A stretch of 54,380 nt of DNA, from positions 1-54,380 of the IMG/VR virus record IMGVR_UViG_3300038479_000056; one strand, 5' to 3'. Position numbers and translations under genes: made by a program. Positions 1 through 9,740 of the stretch are shown here, piece by piece. Under the pieces are notes generated by a model. That model was given only the letters and a program-made list of their open reading frames with translations, searched no databases and was not told where the DNA came from. Source of the DNA: a virus (Duplodnaviria; Caudoviricetes). Each line of letters starts with the position of its first letter. Position 1 is the stretch's first letter.

Positions 1-1
1 T

Positions 2-61
2 CGGATTCATCACCGGGACCAACAGTTCAAGGAATCCAAGAAAAAGATCGTCTGTGCCTGA
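2..61 (+). CDS. 3' fragment of gene upstream of terminase (alternative allele)
   Basis: Frame 2 reads RIHHRDQQFKESKKKIVCA-TGA(59-61), overlapping the terL GTG at 54; the sequence was not seen elsewhere in the window. Confidence 0.45.
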   Translation, partial: RIHHRDQQFKESKKKIVCA

Positions 62-1856
62 CCTCATCTTTAAATATAACGTGTGGTGGCCGGAGGGCGC
101 GTCTGCCCTTGAGATCGAGCGCGAGTGCATTCGGCAGGGAGGCCGCTGGACGGTCAAAGGCAAGGAGCGCGGGGCGGGGTTGTTCGAGCATTTCAAGGCT
201 TTTTTTGATTTGTGCTGGCCGGAAGATCATCACAACCGCTGGAGCGATTTAATCTTGAGCAATCTGGTCACAAACCGGTTGACGGTCGTGGCTGGGCCGA
301 AAAACAGTCAAAAAACGAGGACGGGGGCGAAGTGGGCGCTGACCAAGTATTGGGCTTCGCCGTCGGACACGCAGGTTTTGCTCACCAGCACCGACCGGCG
401 CGGATTGCAGCAACGCATTCTGGGCGACATCAAAAGTCTTTTCGAGCGGGCCAGGAGAATTCATTCGCAGTTAGAGGGAAATTTCGTAGAGGCGCACGAC
501 GCCATTTTTACCGACGCCCTTTCGACCGGGGAAGGAACAAGGGACTGGCGGCGCGGCATCATCGGCGTGCCCATCCTGAGCAGCACCGGGGATTTTCAAG
601 GGCTGGCCATCAAGAATTTTGCCGGGATTAAGCAGGAACATCGCGTTTTGCTGGCGGACGAGATTCAGTTCGTGCCCGTTGAATACTTGAAAGTTCTTGA
701 CAGTCTTGACGATGGCGATTTCGCCGCGTGTATGCTGCTCAACCCGATAGCGGGCAACGGCAAGGCCGGGGACATGGTCAGCGAACCCATCCACGGTTGG
801 GGTAGTATCGGTGAAGTGACTAAGACCACGACCTGGAAGAACAAGTATGGCGGCGTTACCGTGCAGTTGGTGGGGACGGACAGTCCCAATTTCGATATTC
901 CGCTGGTCCATTATTACAAGAATTTGATTGATCGCAAGATGGCCGACGCGGTGGCGAGCCGTCCCGGAGGGAAGGACAGCCGGGAATGGTGGAGTCTCAT
1001 CATGGGCGTGCGCAAGAGCGGCGTGTTGGATTATCGAGTGCTGACGGTGGAGTTGGTTGAGAGCAATCACGGGTTTGACGATTGCAAATGGGAGATGGAA
1101 CCGGAGATCAAGGTCATCGGGATAGACGCCGGGTTCGGGGGCGATCCGTGCATTCTGACCTGGGCCATGTGCGGCAAGGAAGTGGGCAAGGGTCAGGTGA
1201 TGCGGTTTGGGGATCAGGAAGAAATTCCGATTGTGATCAGCCCGGCTTTGACCCCGGAAAAACAAATTGCGCTTTACGTCAAGAAACGGTGCGATGAACT
1301 GGGCGTGGCGCCGGAAGGAGTGTTCGCCGAATGCGGTATGCGGGCCACACTGATGCAGGAAATGGCGCTGATAGTCGGTGTGGGTGTCAACGCGGTCAAC
1401 GCGGGCGGGCCGGCCACACAAAGGCCGGTTCACAACGAATTTTACATTGACGATGAAAAGACAGGTCAAAAACGGCTCAAGACCTGTTACGAGCATTACA
1501 GCAAATTCGTCACCGAATTAAGTTTCACCGTGCGGGAATTGGTCATTGGCGGGCAGGCGCGGAAATTCCCCATTGGAGCGGCGGAAGAATTCGAGCAGAG
1601 AGAATCCCGGGACGTGTACAACAACCGGATTGAGCTTGAGACCAAGCGGGAATACAAAGAGCGCATGGGCGCGGGCAGCCCGAATTTATCGGACTCGGCA
1701 GCTATAACGGTGGAGGGCGCGCGCCGGATGGGGTTTGTGTTGGAACGGGTCAGCGACGGGACGGGCCAGGGTAAGGCCCCGGAGCGGGACTGGCTGGGGG
1801 ACGCCGCGGACGAACAGGAAAAACTCGAATCAGAACGCGAATTGATCTACGATTAG
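54..1856 (+). CDS. terL: Terminase large subunit
   Basis: Walker A-like VAGPKNSQKT, Walker B VLLADE, motif III-like LLNP, RNaseH/RuvC-like IGIDAGFGG, C-terminal SPNLSDS. Confidence 0.85.
   Translation: MPDLIFKYNVWWPEGASALEIERECIRQGGRWTVKGKERGAGLFEHFKAFFDLCWPEDHHNRWSDLILSNLVTNRLTVVAGPKNSQKTRTGAKWALTKYWASPSDTQVLLTSTDRRGLQQRILGDIKSLFERARRIHSQLEGNFVEAHDAIFTDALSTGEGTRDWRRGIIGVPILSSTGDFQGLAIKNFAGIKQEHRVLLADEIQFVPVEYLKVLDSLDDGDFAACMLLNPIAGNGKAGDMVSEPIHGWGSIGEVTKTTTWKNKYGGVTVQLVGTDSPNFDIPLVHYYKNLIDRKMADAVASRPGGKDSREWWSLIMGVRKSGVLDYRVLTVELVESNHGFDDCKWEMEPEIKVIGIDAGFGGDPCILTWAMCGKEVGKGQVMRFGDQEEIPIVISPALTPEKQIALYVKKRCDELGVAPEGVFAECGMRATLMQEMALIVGVGVNAVNAGGPATQRPVHNEFYIDDEKTGQKRLKTCYEHYSKFVTELSFTVRELVIGGQARKFPIGAAEEFEQRESRDVYNNRIELETKREYKERMGAGSPNLSDSAAITVEGARRMGFVLERVSDGTGQGKAPERDWLGDAADEQEKLESERELIYD
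68..194 (+). repeat. 127-nt exact repeat, copy 1
   Basis: Identical to 54254-54380. Confidence 0.95.
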
Positions 1857-1862
1857 CTGACT

Positions 1863-2516
1863 ATGAATAGAAACGAAACTCCTCCGGGCGGATTTCAATT
1901 CCATCAAGCGCAATCGGGCTGGTCCGCGCCAACACCAGTGGCCAGCACCTTTAACCAGACCGTTGAACTGATCATCCAGCATCGCCGGGCTAATCCGGCC
2001 ATGACCGCGCAGCACAAGCTCAGTCTGGACCCTGGCGCGGTCGGCACCGAGCTTGAGTCTTACACGGCGCGGAGATTGGGCCTGCCGGACCCAAAACCGG
2101 CTCCGGCACCGCCAACACGGCAGTCGATGTCGGGCAAGGTTGTTCAAGCTGTGGCAGACGTTAAAAAGCTGGCGGCGGGCGCGGCAGTCCTTTTTGAGTG
2201 GCAACAATCCGGCGACCCGCCAGTGGATCAGGAAGTGGCTAATCAGCGAGCAGTGATTTGTGCGACTTGTCCCAAGAATGAGGCAGCGGGATTCTCGCGT
2301 TATTTCACTGCGCCGGTGCAAGCTATCATTATGAAGCAGTTCGAGCGGTTGCATAAAATGAATCTAAAAACGCCTAGTGACGATAAGTTAAATGTTTGCC
2401 AGGCGTGTATCTGCCCGCTCAGGGGCAAGGTATGGGTTCCGTTGTCGTTGATTTTAAAACGGCTAAAACCGGAAGAACGCGCGGAGCTTGATCCTCGTTG
2501 CTGGATCACGAAATAG
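1863..2516 (+). CDS. Hypothetical protein with Cys motifs (possible metal binding)
   Basis: CATCPKN and CQACICP motifs; tightly packed after terL. Confidence 0.65.
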   Translation: MNRNETPPGGFQFHQAQSGWSAPTPVASTFNQTVELIIQHRRANPAMTAQHKLSLDPGAVGTELESYTARRLGLPDPKPAPAPPTRQSMSGKVVQAVADVKKLAAGAAVLFEWQQSGDPPVDQEVANQRAVICATCPKNEAAGFSRYFTAPVQAIIMKQFERLHKMNLKTPSDDKLNVCQACICPLRGKVWVPLSLILKRLKPEERAELDPRCWITK

Positions 2517-2843
2517 ATGAGCGACAAGAAGAAATGGCCGCTGGAGCAGGCGAAAGCCGTGGCCGTTGAATTGCTTTCTTACTTGCACGGCTTTTGTGAG
2601 CGGGCGCAAATCGCGGGCAGCATCCGGCGCGGCAAGTCTCTGGTGGGAGATATTGAGATTCTTTACATCCCCAAGATGGAGATGCGGAAAACGGATATGT
2701 TTTCGGCCCATGAAGTTGACCTGGCTGAAATTAAGGAGGGAAACACACTGTTGGAAACATTTGCAAAGCGTGTCAGCGATGCAATTACAGTAAACAAAAT
2801 AAACCGATCATTGCCGTTGTTCCAAATGGTCAACGTCTCTTAA
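2517..2843 (+). pseudogene. Truncated PolX/DNA polymerase beta-like nucleotidyltransferase
   Basis: AGSIRRGKSLVGDIEIL nucleotidyltransferase motif; similarity appears to end near residue 70, followed by an AT-rich tail. Confidence 0.6.
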
Positions 2844-2847
2844 TCTG

Positions 2848-3552
2848 ATGACCATTCTCTTGGCGTATATTTGCGTGACTGGTGGGCCAAAGACCCACGA
2901 ACTGGCCGCGCGATTCGTCGGGTCCTACTTAACTCACCCACCAGGAATTGAACACCAAACTGTGGTTGTCTGTAATGGCGGTCCACTTTCAACTGAAACG
3001 GCCCTGTTGTTCCTGCCGCTGGACGTAAAATTTTTTCCAAGGGAAAATGACGGCGGTTGGGATGTGAGCGGATTCCAAGATGTAGCCAAGAATTTCCAGT
3101 CAGATATGCAGGTAAATTTTGGTGAGAGTTGCTACCTGCACCGCCCCGGCTGGCTTCGGCAGCTTGCTCAAGCGTGGTCTGTTTTTGGCCCTGGGTTCTA
3201 TGGCGTGTTCTCAAGTCATGCCGTTCGCGCTCACCTGAACACGAACGCTTTTATGTGCGCGCCGAAGCACTTGACTGAATATCCAGCGGTGCGGACGCAT
3301 CGTGAGCGCTATGAGTTCGAGCACGGGCCGGACGCGCTGTGGCGGCGGCTGGACAGGAAAGGGGTGCCGGTGCGGTTGGTGACCTGGGACGGGACCTGGG
3401 CCAAGGGCGACTGGCGCAAGCCGGCCAACATCCTGTCCCGTGGCACGCAGGAAAATTCCCTCGTATTTTGCATTCATAACGAGAGATACTGGGCTGCTGA
3501 TCCGGCGACGAAGCGGAAATGGGCCAGTTACAGCGATGCGCCTTTCCATTGA
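2848..3552 (+). CDS. Glycosyltransferase-like hypothetical protein
   Basis: GT-A-like pattern (VVVCNGG, RENDGGWD); stop TGA is supplied by the end of tnpB element 1. Confidence 0.5.
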   Translation: MTILLAYICVTGGPKTHELAARFVGSYLTHPPGIEHQTVVVCNGGPLSTETALLFLPLDVKFFPRENDGGWDVSGFQDVAKNFQSDMQVNFGESCYLHRPGWLRQLAQAWSVFGPGFYGVFSSHAVRAHLNTNAFMCAPKHLTEYPAVRTHRERYEFEHGPDALWRRLDRKGVPVRLVTWDGTWAKGDWRKPANILSRGTQENSLVFCIHNERYWAADPATKRKWASYSDAPFH

Positions 3553-3710
3553 CATCCTCCCCGGCCTGAAGGCGCGGGGATTCCTTGAATACAAATATGC
3601 TAGACATTTGCAGAGCTAGGTTGGTTGACACTTCGACGAGCATGGCGCGCCGAGGCCGAAGCCTTGGCGTGACTGATATGCTCTCCATGTCCTTTAACCG
3701 GCTGTCCACC
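3549..3710 (-). ncRNA. Putative omegaRNA scaffold, element 1
   Basis: Position at tnpB 3' end/right end; guide predicted from flank TGGAAAGGCGCATCGC; 5' limit approximate. Confidence 0.55.
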
Positions 3711-4892
3711 GGCAAATTGAAGAATGTTTTTCGCGGCATTCTGATCTCTGTCCAAATGCTCGCCGCAGTTTTCGCATTTGAACTCGCGCACTTCCAAACC
3801 AAGGCTGCTGTGTATGTATCCGCAGGAATTGCACCGCCTGCTGCTTGGGAAGAATCTGTCTGCTACGCGCAACTCGCGGCCATACCAGGCACACTTGTAA
3901 GTCAGCATCGAACGGAACTGCCCAAAGCTGGCGCAACTGATATGCTTTGCGAGTTTGTGGTTCTTGACCATGCCGCGCACGTTCAAGTCCTCGATGGCCA
4001 GAACATCGAACCGGCGCACCAAATCTGTGGTGAGCTTGTCCAGTGTGTCCTTCCGGCAGTTGGCGATCTTGGCGTGCAAACGAGCCACTTTCAACCGCTG
4101 CTGATTCCAACGGCCACTGCCCTTGATGCGACGGGCGAGAACCCGTTGCAATCTCGCCAGCCTTGCGGCGTGGCGGGCAGTGTGGCGTGGGTTTGCCATC
4201 CGCTCGCCGTTACTCAAGGTTGCGAGCCGACTGATTCCAAGGTCAATCCCGACCATGCTTCCTGTCTTTGGGAGCGCGGCCTTGGCTGGTTCGTCCAGAC
4301 AAAGACTCACGAAATAGCGTCCATCCCTGCCCTTGGTTATCGTGCAGGTAGTAGGCTCGCTCGCGAAACCGCGACTCCATTTGACATGAAGCCGACCGAC
4401 TTTGGAAATTGTGAGGTTGCGGTTTGCCGCATCCCATTTGAAACCGCCAGAATGGTATTCGGCGGATTGCTTGTCGTGCTTGGAAGCAAACCTTGGATAG
4501 GCTGTCCGCTTGGCAAAGAAATTGGAGAACGCAGTTTGCAAGTGCCGCAATGCCTGCTGCTGTGGGATGCTGGACGATTCACGCAGAAAAGCAAACTCGC
4601 CGGTATTACGATGTTTAGTCCAAGCCGCGCTGCTGGCGTTGTAATTGACCGGCTTGCCGTCTTTGAAGCTGTCCGTGCGGAGGCGCAAGGCAAAATTGTA
4701 GGCGTGCCTGACACAGCCGAACTCCCGCGCCAGTTGCCGCGCTTGGCGGTCTGTCGGGTAGCATCGGAATGTCATGCGAACTTTCACTTGCAAGAATCTA
4801 CTCCGTCTTGTAAGGTTTGTCCAATGCTAATTTCAACAACTGAAAAAGCCGGGCTAAAGCCACGGGGTTTTCAACCCATAAGGAATGGATAA
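3585..4892 (+). other. Full-length antisense ORF across element 1
   Basis: 435 codons, codon-aligned with tnpB; its TAA overlaps the ATG at 4892 (TAATG); translation unproven. Confidence 0.4.
3600..4793 (-). CDS. tnpB: RNA-guided endonuclease TnpB
   Basis: FRCYPT N-terminus; RuvC GIDLG / IEDL / DRDQNAA; zinc finger CNSC..CENC. Confidence 0.95.
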   Translation of the reverse strand: MQVKVRMTFRCYPTDRQARQLAREFGCVRHAYNFALRLRTDSFKDGKPVNYNASSAAWTKHRNTGEFAFLRESSSIPQQQALRHLQTAFSNFFAKRTAYPRFASKHDKQSAEYHSGGFKWDAANRNLTISKVGRLHVKWSRGFASEPTTCTITKGRDGRYFVSLCLDEPAKAALPKTGSMVGIDLGISRLATLSNGERMANPRHTARHAARLARLQRVLARRIKGSGRWNQQRLKVARLHAKIANCRKDTLDKLTTDLVRRFDVLAIEDLNVRGMVKNHKLAKHISCASFGQFRSMLTYKCAWYGRELRVADRFFPSSRRCNSCGYIHSSLGLEVREFKCENCGEHLDRDQNAAKNILQFAGGQPVKGHGEHISHAKASASARHARRSVNQPSSANV

Positions 4893-5920
4893 TGAACGAG
4901 CCTATCCACATCATCAGCCTTGGGGCTGGAGTTCAATCGTCAACCGATGCGCTCATGGTTTCAGAGGGTGAACGCGGCCCTATGGTGTTGTGTGCGATCT
5001 GTGCAGACACCAAAAGAGAGCCTGGCAGCGTGTATTTGTGGCTCGCTAAACTTTGCGGGTGCGTTGTTCAGTTTCACGCAGACGGCAGGCCGTTTGTTGA
5101 ACCTGGAATTTATTCATCCGGGATGCTCAAGTTTCCGGTTCACATCGTAACTGCCGGGGATATTGTAGAGGATGCCCTGCGCGTCCGGCAACGGCTCGAT
5201 GGCAAAGGTTCATGGGTGCCTAGTGGCGTGCCTCATTATTCGATTAACGCGGACGGAACGCACGGCCACGGGCCAAGGCAATGCACGCATGATTTCAAAA
5301 TAGTTCCCATCGAAAGAGAATTGCGCCGCTTGATCGGGCGAGAGAAAATGTCGGCATGGAGGAAAGTTCACAAAACCGCCCTCAAAGAGATTTCAAAATA
5401 TCAGAAAGCCTTGGCCATTTGGAAACGCAATAGGAAACTAGACCCACTGCTTTTGCCTCCGACGTTTCCAAGTCGTGAATTCGATGAGTGCCAAGCTGAC
5501 CCGTTAGCTATACAGCGCATTGGCATCAGCACCGATGAGGCGTCCAGAGCGAAACCTTCGCGTGTTCCTTACTTGGTTCATATCTGGCCCCACCTTGACC
5601 ACGGCACAAATAGGGATGGCTGCATTGAATGGCTGGCGAAGCGTGGATTGGAAGCTCCTAAATCCGCCTGCGAATTTTGCCCCTACCATGATGACGATGA
5701 ATGGATTTGGTTGCGGGACATGGAGCCGGAAAGTTTTGAGAGGGCGGTAAAATTTGATTACGCTTACCGAGCCGCCAAAATACAGACGGTTTCAATCAAA
5801 GGCTTTGAACCCTTCATCCACCCCAGCCGACTGCCCTTGGACAAAGTCAAATTCAAAAAGTCGCACGGCAAACAACTAACCATGTTTAACAACGAGTGCG
5901 AAGGGATGTGCGGGGTATGA
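4892..5920 (+). CDS. PAPS reductase-like / PP-loop protein
   Basis: ISLGAGVQSS PP-loop, ADT..EP, KSACEFCPY, terminal ECEGMCGV. Confidence 0.75.
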   Translation: MNEPIHIISLGAGVQSSTDALMVSEGERGPMVLCAICADTKREPGSVYLWLAKLCGCVVQFHADGRPFVEPGIYSSGMLKFPVHIVTAGDIVEDALRVRQRLDGKGSWVPSGVPHYSINADGTHGHGPRQCTHDFKIVPIERELRRLIGREKMSAWRKVHKTALKEISKYQKALAIWKRNRKLDPLLLPPTFPSREFDECQADPLAIQRIGISTDEASRAKPSRVPYLVHIWPHLDHGTNRDGCIEWLAKRGLEAPKSACEFCPYHDDDEWIWLRDMEPESFERAVKFDYAYRAAKIQTVSIKGFEPFIHPSRLPLDKVKFKKSHGKQLTMFNNECEGMCGV

Positions 5921-6600
5921 AAACTGCCGTTTTTTTTCATACTCGGTTGAGCGGCGGTTACAATGTCGATTCGGGTGCGGCGGTGGAGCCCGGTTGGGGC
6001 CGGTCCCTTTTCTTGGAGCAAATGGCGGTTCTGGTCAAGAGCGGGTTGGCCGAGGCCGCCCAAGAATTCTTCATTGGTTTCAATGGGAGCCGCGGGGACT
6101 GGGCCTTTGTCTGTGACAATACTCCCGCCAAGGCCAAGATATTGCAGCACGGGGAGAACGCCCGGAGCTTGTTGCCGACGATGCGGTTTTTGCAGGACTG
6201 GTTGCCGGGCCACGAGGATTGGGCGGTGTTCTTTTCGCATGCCAAAGGAGCGTGTCATCCGAATGATCCTCTTACGACCCGGTGGCGGAATTGCATGACG
6301 CGGCATTGCATCACGAACTGGCGGCGGTGCGTGGCCGATTTGGAGGCCGGTTACGACGCGGTAGGTTGCCACTGGCTTCACAACAGGCCGAATGACCCAA
6401 ACGCGGACAGGTGGGGGGCCAACAGCTACTTTGGCGGGGTGTTCTGGGGCAGCAAGGCCAGGTATCTATTGACTCTGCCGCCGTTGCCGGACCTGGCGAC
6501 GGATCGGCACTCGTTTTATCTGCCCGAATTGTGGCTGGGCAATGGCAAGCCCAAGGTAAAGGACTACGCCCAAGGGCACGCGATTGGAGCCTGTCCGTGA
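5917..6600 (+). CDS. Glycosyltransferase-like hypothetical protein
   Basis: ATGA-coupled start; FFSHAKG, YDAVGC, FGGVFW and ELWLG motifs resemble phage GT-associated proteins. Confidence 0.5.
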   Translation: MKTAVFFHTRLSGGYNVDSGAAVEPGWGRSLFLEQMAVLVKSGLAEAAQEFFIGFNGSRGDWAFVCDNTPAKAKILQHGENARSLLPTMRFLQDWLPGHEDWAVFFSHAKGACHPNDPLTTRWRNCMTRHCITNWRRCVADLEAGYDAVGCHWLHNRPNDPNADRWGANSYFGGVFWGSKARYLLTLPPLPDLATDRHSFYLPELWLGNGKPKVKDYAQGHAIGACP

Positions 6601-7187
6601 ATGTGACCATCATTATGCCATTCTCGCGCGCGCACAATGCCGAGGCGATCAAGGCGTCCTTTGTTTCCGCCTGTGACGGGTTCAACGGCAAAGCCAGGCT
6701 GATTGCCGTTTGTTCCGATGAGGCGCACGTCGGTTTATTTGACGAATCGGTGCTGACTTTTTTGCCGCCGGGTCTGGACTGGTGCTATTTCAAATGCAAT
6801 CAAGCCTTGGAAAATTTGCAGCCGTCCAGCCCCGAAGATTATTTCGGTTTTGTGTGCGACGACGATCTTTATGAGCCGGGCTTTTTCGCGTCCCTGGAAC
6901 AACTGATCGGGGCCAGCCGCCCGCGAGTTATTGTCGTCAACATGAAGCGATGGTTTCACGAGGTCGCTGTGCGGGATGAATTGTCGGCCTGGCCGGATTC
7001 GATGCGGGTTGGGTTGGTGGGTTTGGAGCAATTCTACATTCGGGGCGACATCATGGGGCGGTGGCGGTTCAACCAAAATGTCTCGCACGGCGACGGAGAT
7101 TTGATGGCGCGACTGCACGCGGAGATGCCCCACGATTTCGTTTTCTTCCGGCACTTGTTCGTCCACTGGAACAAACTTCCCGCATGA
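6597..7187 (+). CDS. GT-A (family 2-like) glycosyltransferase
   Basis: GTGA-coupled start; VTIIMP N-terminus; YFGFVCDDDLY DxD motif. Confidence 0.65.
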   Translation: MNVTIIMPFSRAHNAEAIKASFVSACDGFNGKARLIAVCSDEAHVGLFDESVLTFLPPGLDWCYFKCNQALENLQPSSPEDYFGFVCDDDLYEPGFFASLEQLIGASRPRVIVVNMKRWFHEVAVRDELSAWPDSMRVGLVGLEQFYIRGDIMGRWRFNQNVSHGDGDLMARLHAEMPHDFVFFRHLFVHWNKLPA

Positions 7188-9586
7188 CAACCGCACCCAA
7201 CAAGAGTAAGAGTCAATTTATGAAATGGGACAAAGTTGGTGATGTAGAAGAAATTGTCTGGTTCTTAAGAACGAATGATTTAACCCGCGGGGCAAACCGG
7301 GAGAAGATCAACCGACTCTTTAATGGGGGACTTCCGTACAGTAAAGCGCAAGAAGCTGAAAATTCAGTTAGTGTCAACCGCAATTTCCTGACTGGCCCAA
7401 ACATTCTCACATCGGGGCGAGGTCAATGGAACAATGCTTTCCTCAAGCAAAAGACCTATTTCGGGGTCAGTCTTGATTCCGGTCCGGTCAACAAGCGGCA
7501 AGAGGCCGGGGCCATCATCACGCGCAACATCAATCGGCAGTTGAAGAAATGCCGGGCGCAGATGGAGCAAATCCGGGCCGAAGGCGCACAAGTTATTTTA
7601 CACGGTATCGCGCCTAGCGGATTTAAAGACCGGCGCTGTCCCATTCTAACGTCTTTGCCGGTTGCGAGTCTTCTTATTCCTGATGAAACTGATTTGGATT
7701 TTGAGAACCTAGAGTATTTCGCCGTATTCCGGGAATGGACGCCCTACCAACTTTACGCGCTAACGCACGGGCCGAAGGTTGATCCTGGTTGGAACATGGA
7801 AGCCGTCCAAGCTGAGTGGGATTATGTTAAAGAACAGACCCGAAAAGAATTGCCCGGTAGCAACACCTTGCAATTTATGCCTGAAAGAATAATGGAGCTT
7901 GAAAAACAGGCTGCTCTTTGGGGCACAACCGCCGTGCCGACGGTGGACGTGTGGGATTTCTACTTTCGCGAGGCTGAGGACGGGCAAGGTTGGTATCGGC
8001 GCATCATGCTGGATTGGGGCGCGGCTGAGGGCGGTCTGAACGCGAACAGCGCCCAGCCTGAGAGCCGAAACGGAGCAGGCGAAAAAGATTACGGCGGGTT
8101 TCTTTACACCAGCGGCCAGCGTAAGTACGCCAACAGCCTGAGCGAGATTTTACAGTGCCAATTTGGGGATTGCAGCGCTGTGGCGCCGTTCAAGTATCAT
8201 TCCGTGCGGAGCCTGGGCTGGCTGCTGTGGGGCGTGTGCGAGATCGAGAACCGGTTGCGCTGCCGATTCACCGAAAACATGTTTATGAACATGATGTGGT
8301 GGTTTAAGTGCGCCAGCGGCGGGGACATGGCGCGGGTCAAGAAAGCCATGTTCGAGCAGATCGGGGTCATTCCCGCCGGCATAACGATGATGACGGAGAA
8401 CGAACGGTTTAAGCCCGACGAAAAGTTGTGGGCGGTTATGGTGGAGCAGATTGAAAAAACCATGAATCAAAGCGCGGGATCGTTCATGGGCAACCCGGCT
8501 GACATTGGCAAGGAAGAGACAGCCACGGGCACAATGGCGCGCGTTCACAGCGTTGGCCAGATGATGGGGGGGATGCTGACACTGGCCTACGAATACAGCA
8601 AATACAAGTATCAGGAACAGAGCCGCCGGTTCTGCATCAAAAACAGCCCGTATCAGATGGTGAAAGATTTTCGGCTGGCTTGCCTCAAAGACGGCCTGGA
8701 CGCGGAAATGCTGGATTCGAGCCGGTGGAACATCGAGCCAGACCGGGCTTTGGGCGACGGCAATAAGATTTTGGAAATGGCCATCGCGCAAGGTCTGGAA
8801 AACATCAGGAAAAACGCGACACCGGACGGGCAACGGCTCATTGACCATCAGTACGTCGTGACGCTGACGGACCGGCCCGACCTGGCCGAGGCGCTTTTTC
8901 CATTGCAAGGCCAGAAGAAGCTCAGTCCGAGCAGTCACGACGCGCAACTGGCCGCCGACAGGATTCTGCGCGGGCTGCAATTCGCCATTCCGTCCGAGGC
9001 CGTGCCGGAAGATTACGTCATGGTCTGGCTGGGCGACATGGCGGCCGTCATCAAGCAGATTCAAGGGACGGGCAACGTCGGCACGATGCCGGAACTTTTG
9101 GGCCTGGCCAACCTGGGCCAGCACATCGGGCAAGCCATTGGCCTGATGGCGAGCGGGCATGGCAAGGAGCCGGGGCACGGCCAGAAACGGGGCGAGGCCG
9201 AGGACATGCACAAGATCAAGCAGTATAAGGACGCCCTGGGCAAGATGATGAACCTGGTCAAAGGCTTCGCGCAACGGCTCCAAGAGCAGCAGCAAAAGGG
9301 CAACGGGCACGGACTCGACCCGGAGAAGATGGCCAATATTCAGACCGATCAAATGAAGGTCAAGGCCAAAATTCAACTTGGTCAGGAGAGCCACGCGGCC
9401 AAGACCGCGCAGCGGCAGGCTGCATTTGAGCTTGAGCAACGGCGGAAAGACCGTGAAAGCGAGGCGGAAACCCGGCGCCAGAATCAGCGGACGGGCCAGG
9501 AGATCGCGCATAAACACCTGGACAAACTGCTGGACGCCCACCACCGAATGCTGGGCGAAGGCGACGAAAGGACTCAACAGGATTAA
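7184..9586 (+). CDS. Putative portal protein
   Basis: About 800 aa; lies between terL and scaffold/capsid; ETAT motif; Gln-rich coiled-coil tail; ATGA-coupled start. Confidence 0.65.
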   Translation: MTTAPNKSKSQFMKWDKVGDVEEIVWFLRTNDLTRGANREKINRLFNGGLPYSKAQEAENSVSVNRNFLTGPNILTSGRGQWNNAFLKQKTYFGVSLDSGPVNKRQEAGAIITRNINRQLKKCRAQMEQIRAEGAQVILHGIAPSGFKDRRCPILTSLPVASLLIPDETDLDFENLEYFAVFREWTPYQLYALTHGPKVDPGWNMEAVQAEWDYVKEQTRKELPGSNTLQFMPERIMELEKQAALWGTTAVPTVDVWDFYFREAEDGQGWYRRIMLDWGAAEGGLNANSAQPESRNGAGEKDYGGFLYTSGQRKYANSLSEILQCQFGDCSAVAPFKYHSVRSLGWLLWGVCEIENRLRCRFTENMFMNMMWWFKCASGGDMARVKKAMFEQIGVIPAGITMMTENERFKPDEKLWAVMVEQIEKTMNQSAGSFMGNPADIGKEETATGTMARVHSVGQMMGGMLTLAYEYSKYKYQEQSRRFCIKNSPYQMVKDFRLACLKDGLDAEMLDSSRWNIEPDRALGDGNKILEMAIAQGLENIRKNATPDGQRLIDHQYVVTLTDRPDLAEALFPLQGQKKLSPSSHDAQLAADRILRGLQFAIPSEAVPEDYVMVWLGDMAAVIKQIQGTGNVGTMPELLGLANLGQHIGQAIGLMASGHGKEPGHGQKRGEAEDMHKIKQYKDALGKMMNLVKGFAQRLQEQQQKGNGHGLDPEKMANIQTDQMKVKAKIQLGQESHAAKTAQRQAAFELEQRRKDRESEAETRRQNQRTGQEIAHKHLDKLLDAHHRMLGEGDERTQQD

Positions 9587-9740
9587 AGTTCCCCGGCCTA
9601 AAGGCACGGGGATTTAGCCGAGTCCTTCACCAACACCAAATCGCCATGCGGAACGCACGATTCAGAGTCAATATCGACAGACCCGATGCTTTTAGCGGCT
9701 TTAATGCTCGCCGTCTCCGAAGCGTTGCACGCTATGGAGA
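9583..9740 (-). ncRNA. Putative omegaRNA scaffold, element 2
   Basis: Overlaps tnpB 3' end and right-end hairpin; guide predicted TCCTGTTGAGTCCTTT; 5' limit approximate. Confidence 0.5.

Larger units (their letters stand above)
3549..4888 (-). mobile_element. IS200/IS605-family non-autonomous tnpB element 1
   Basis: Right-end hairpin CCCCGCGCCTTCAGGCCGGGG then AGGATGTCAA; related left-end hairpin CCCCGTGGCTTTAGCCCGG; removal restores CCT TTC CA|A TAA TG; inferred TAM TTAT. Confidence 0.85.

Noticed and set aside
8150-9607. Long antisense ORFs opposite portal, terL, capsid and the 1490-aa gene
   Set aside because: Partial, with ends unrelated to gene junctions; typical GC codon-bias shadows, kept as the null model for the tnpB antisense finding
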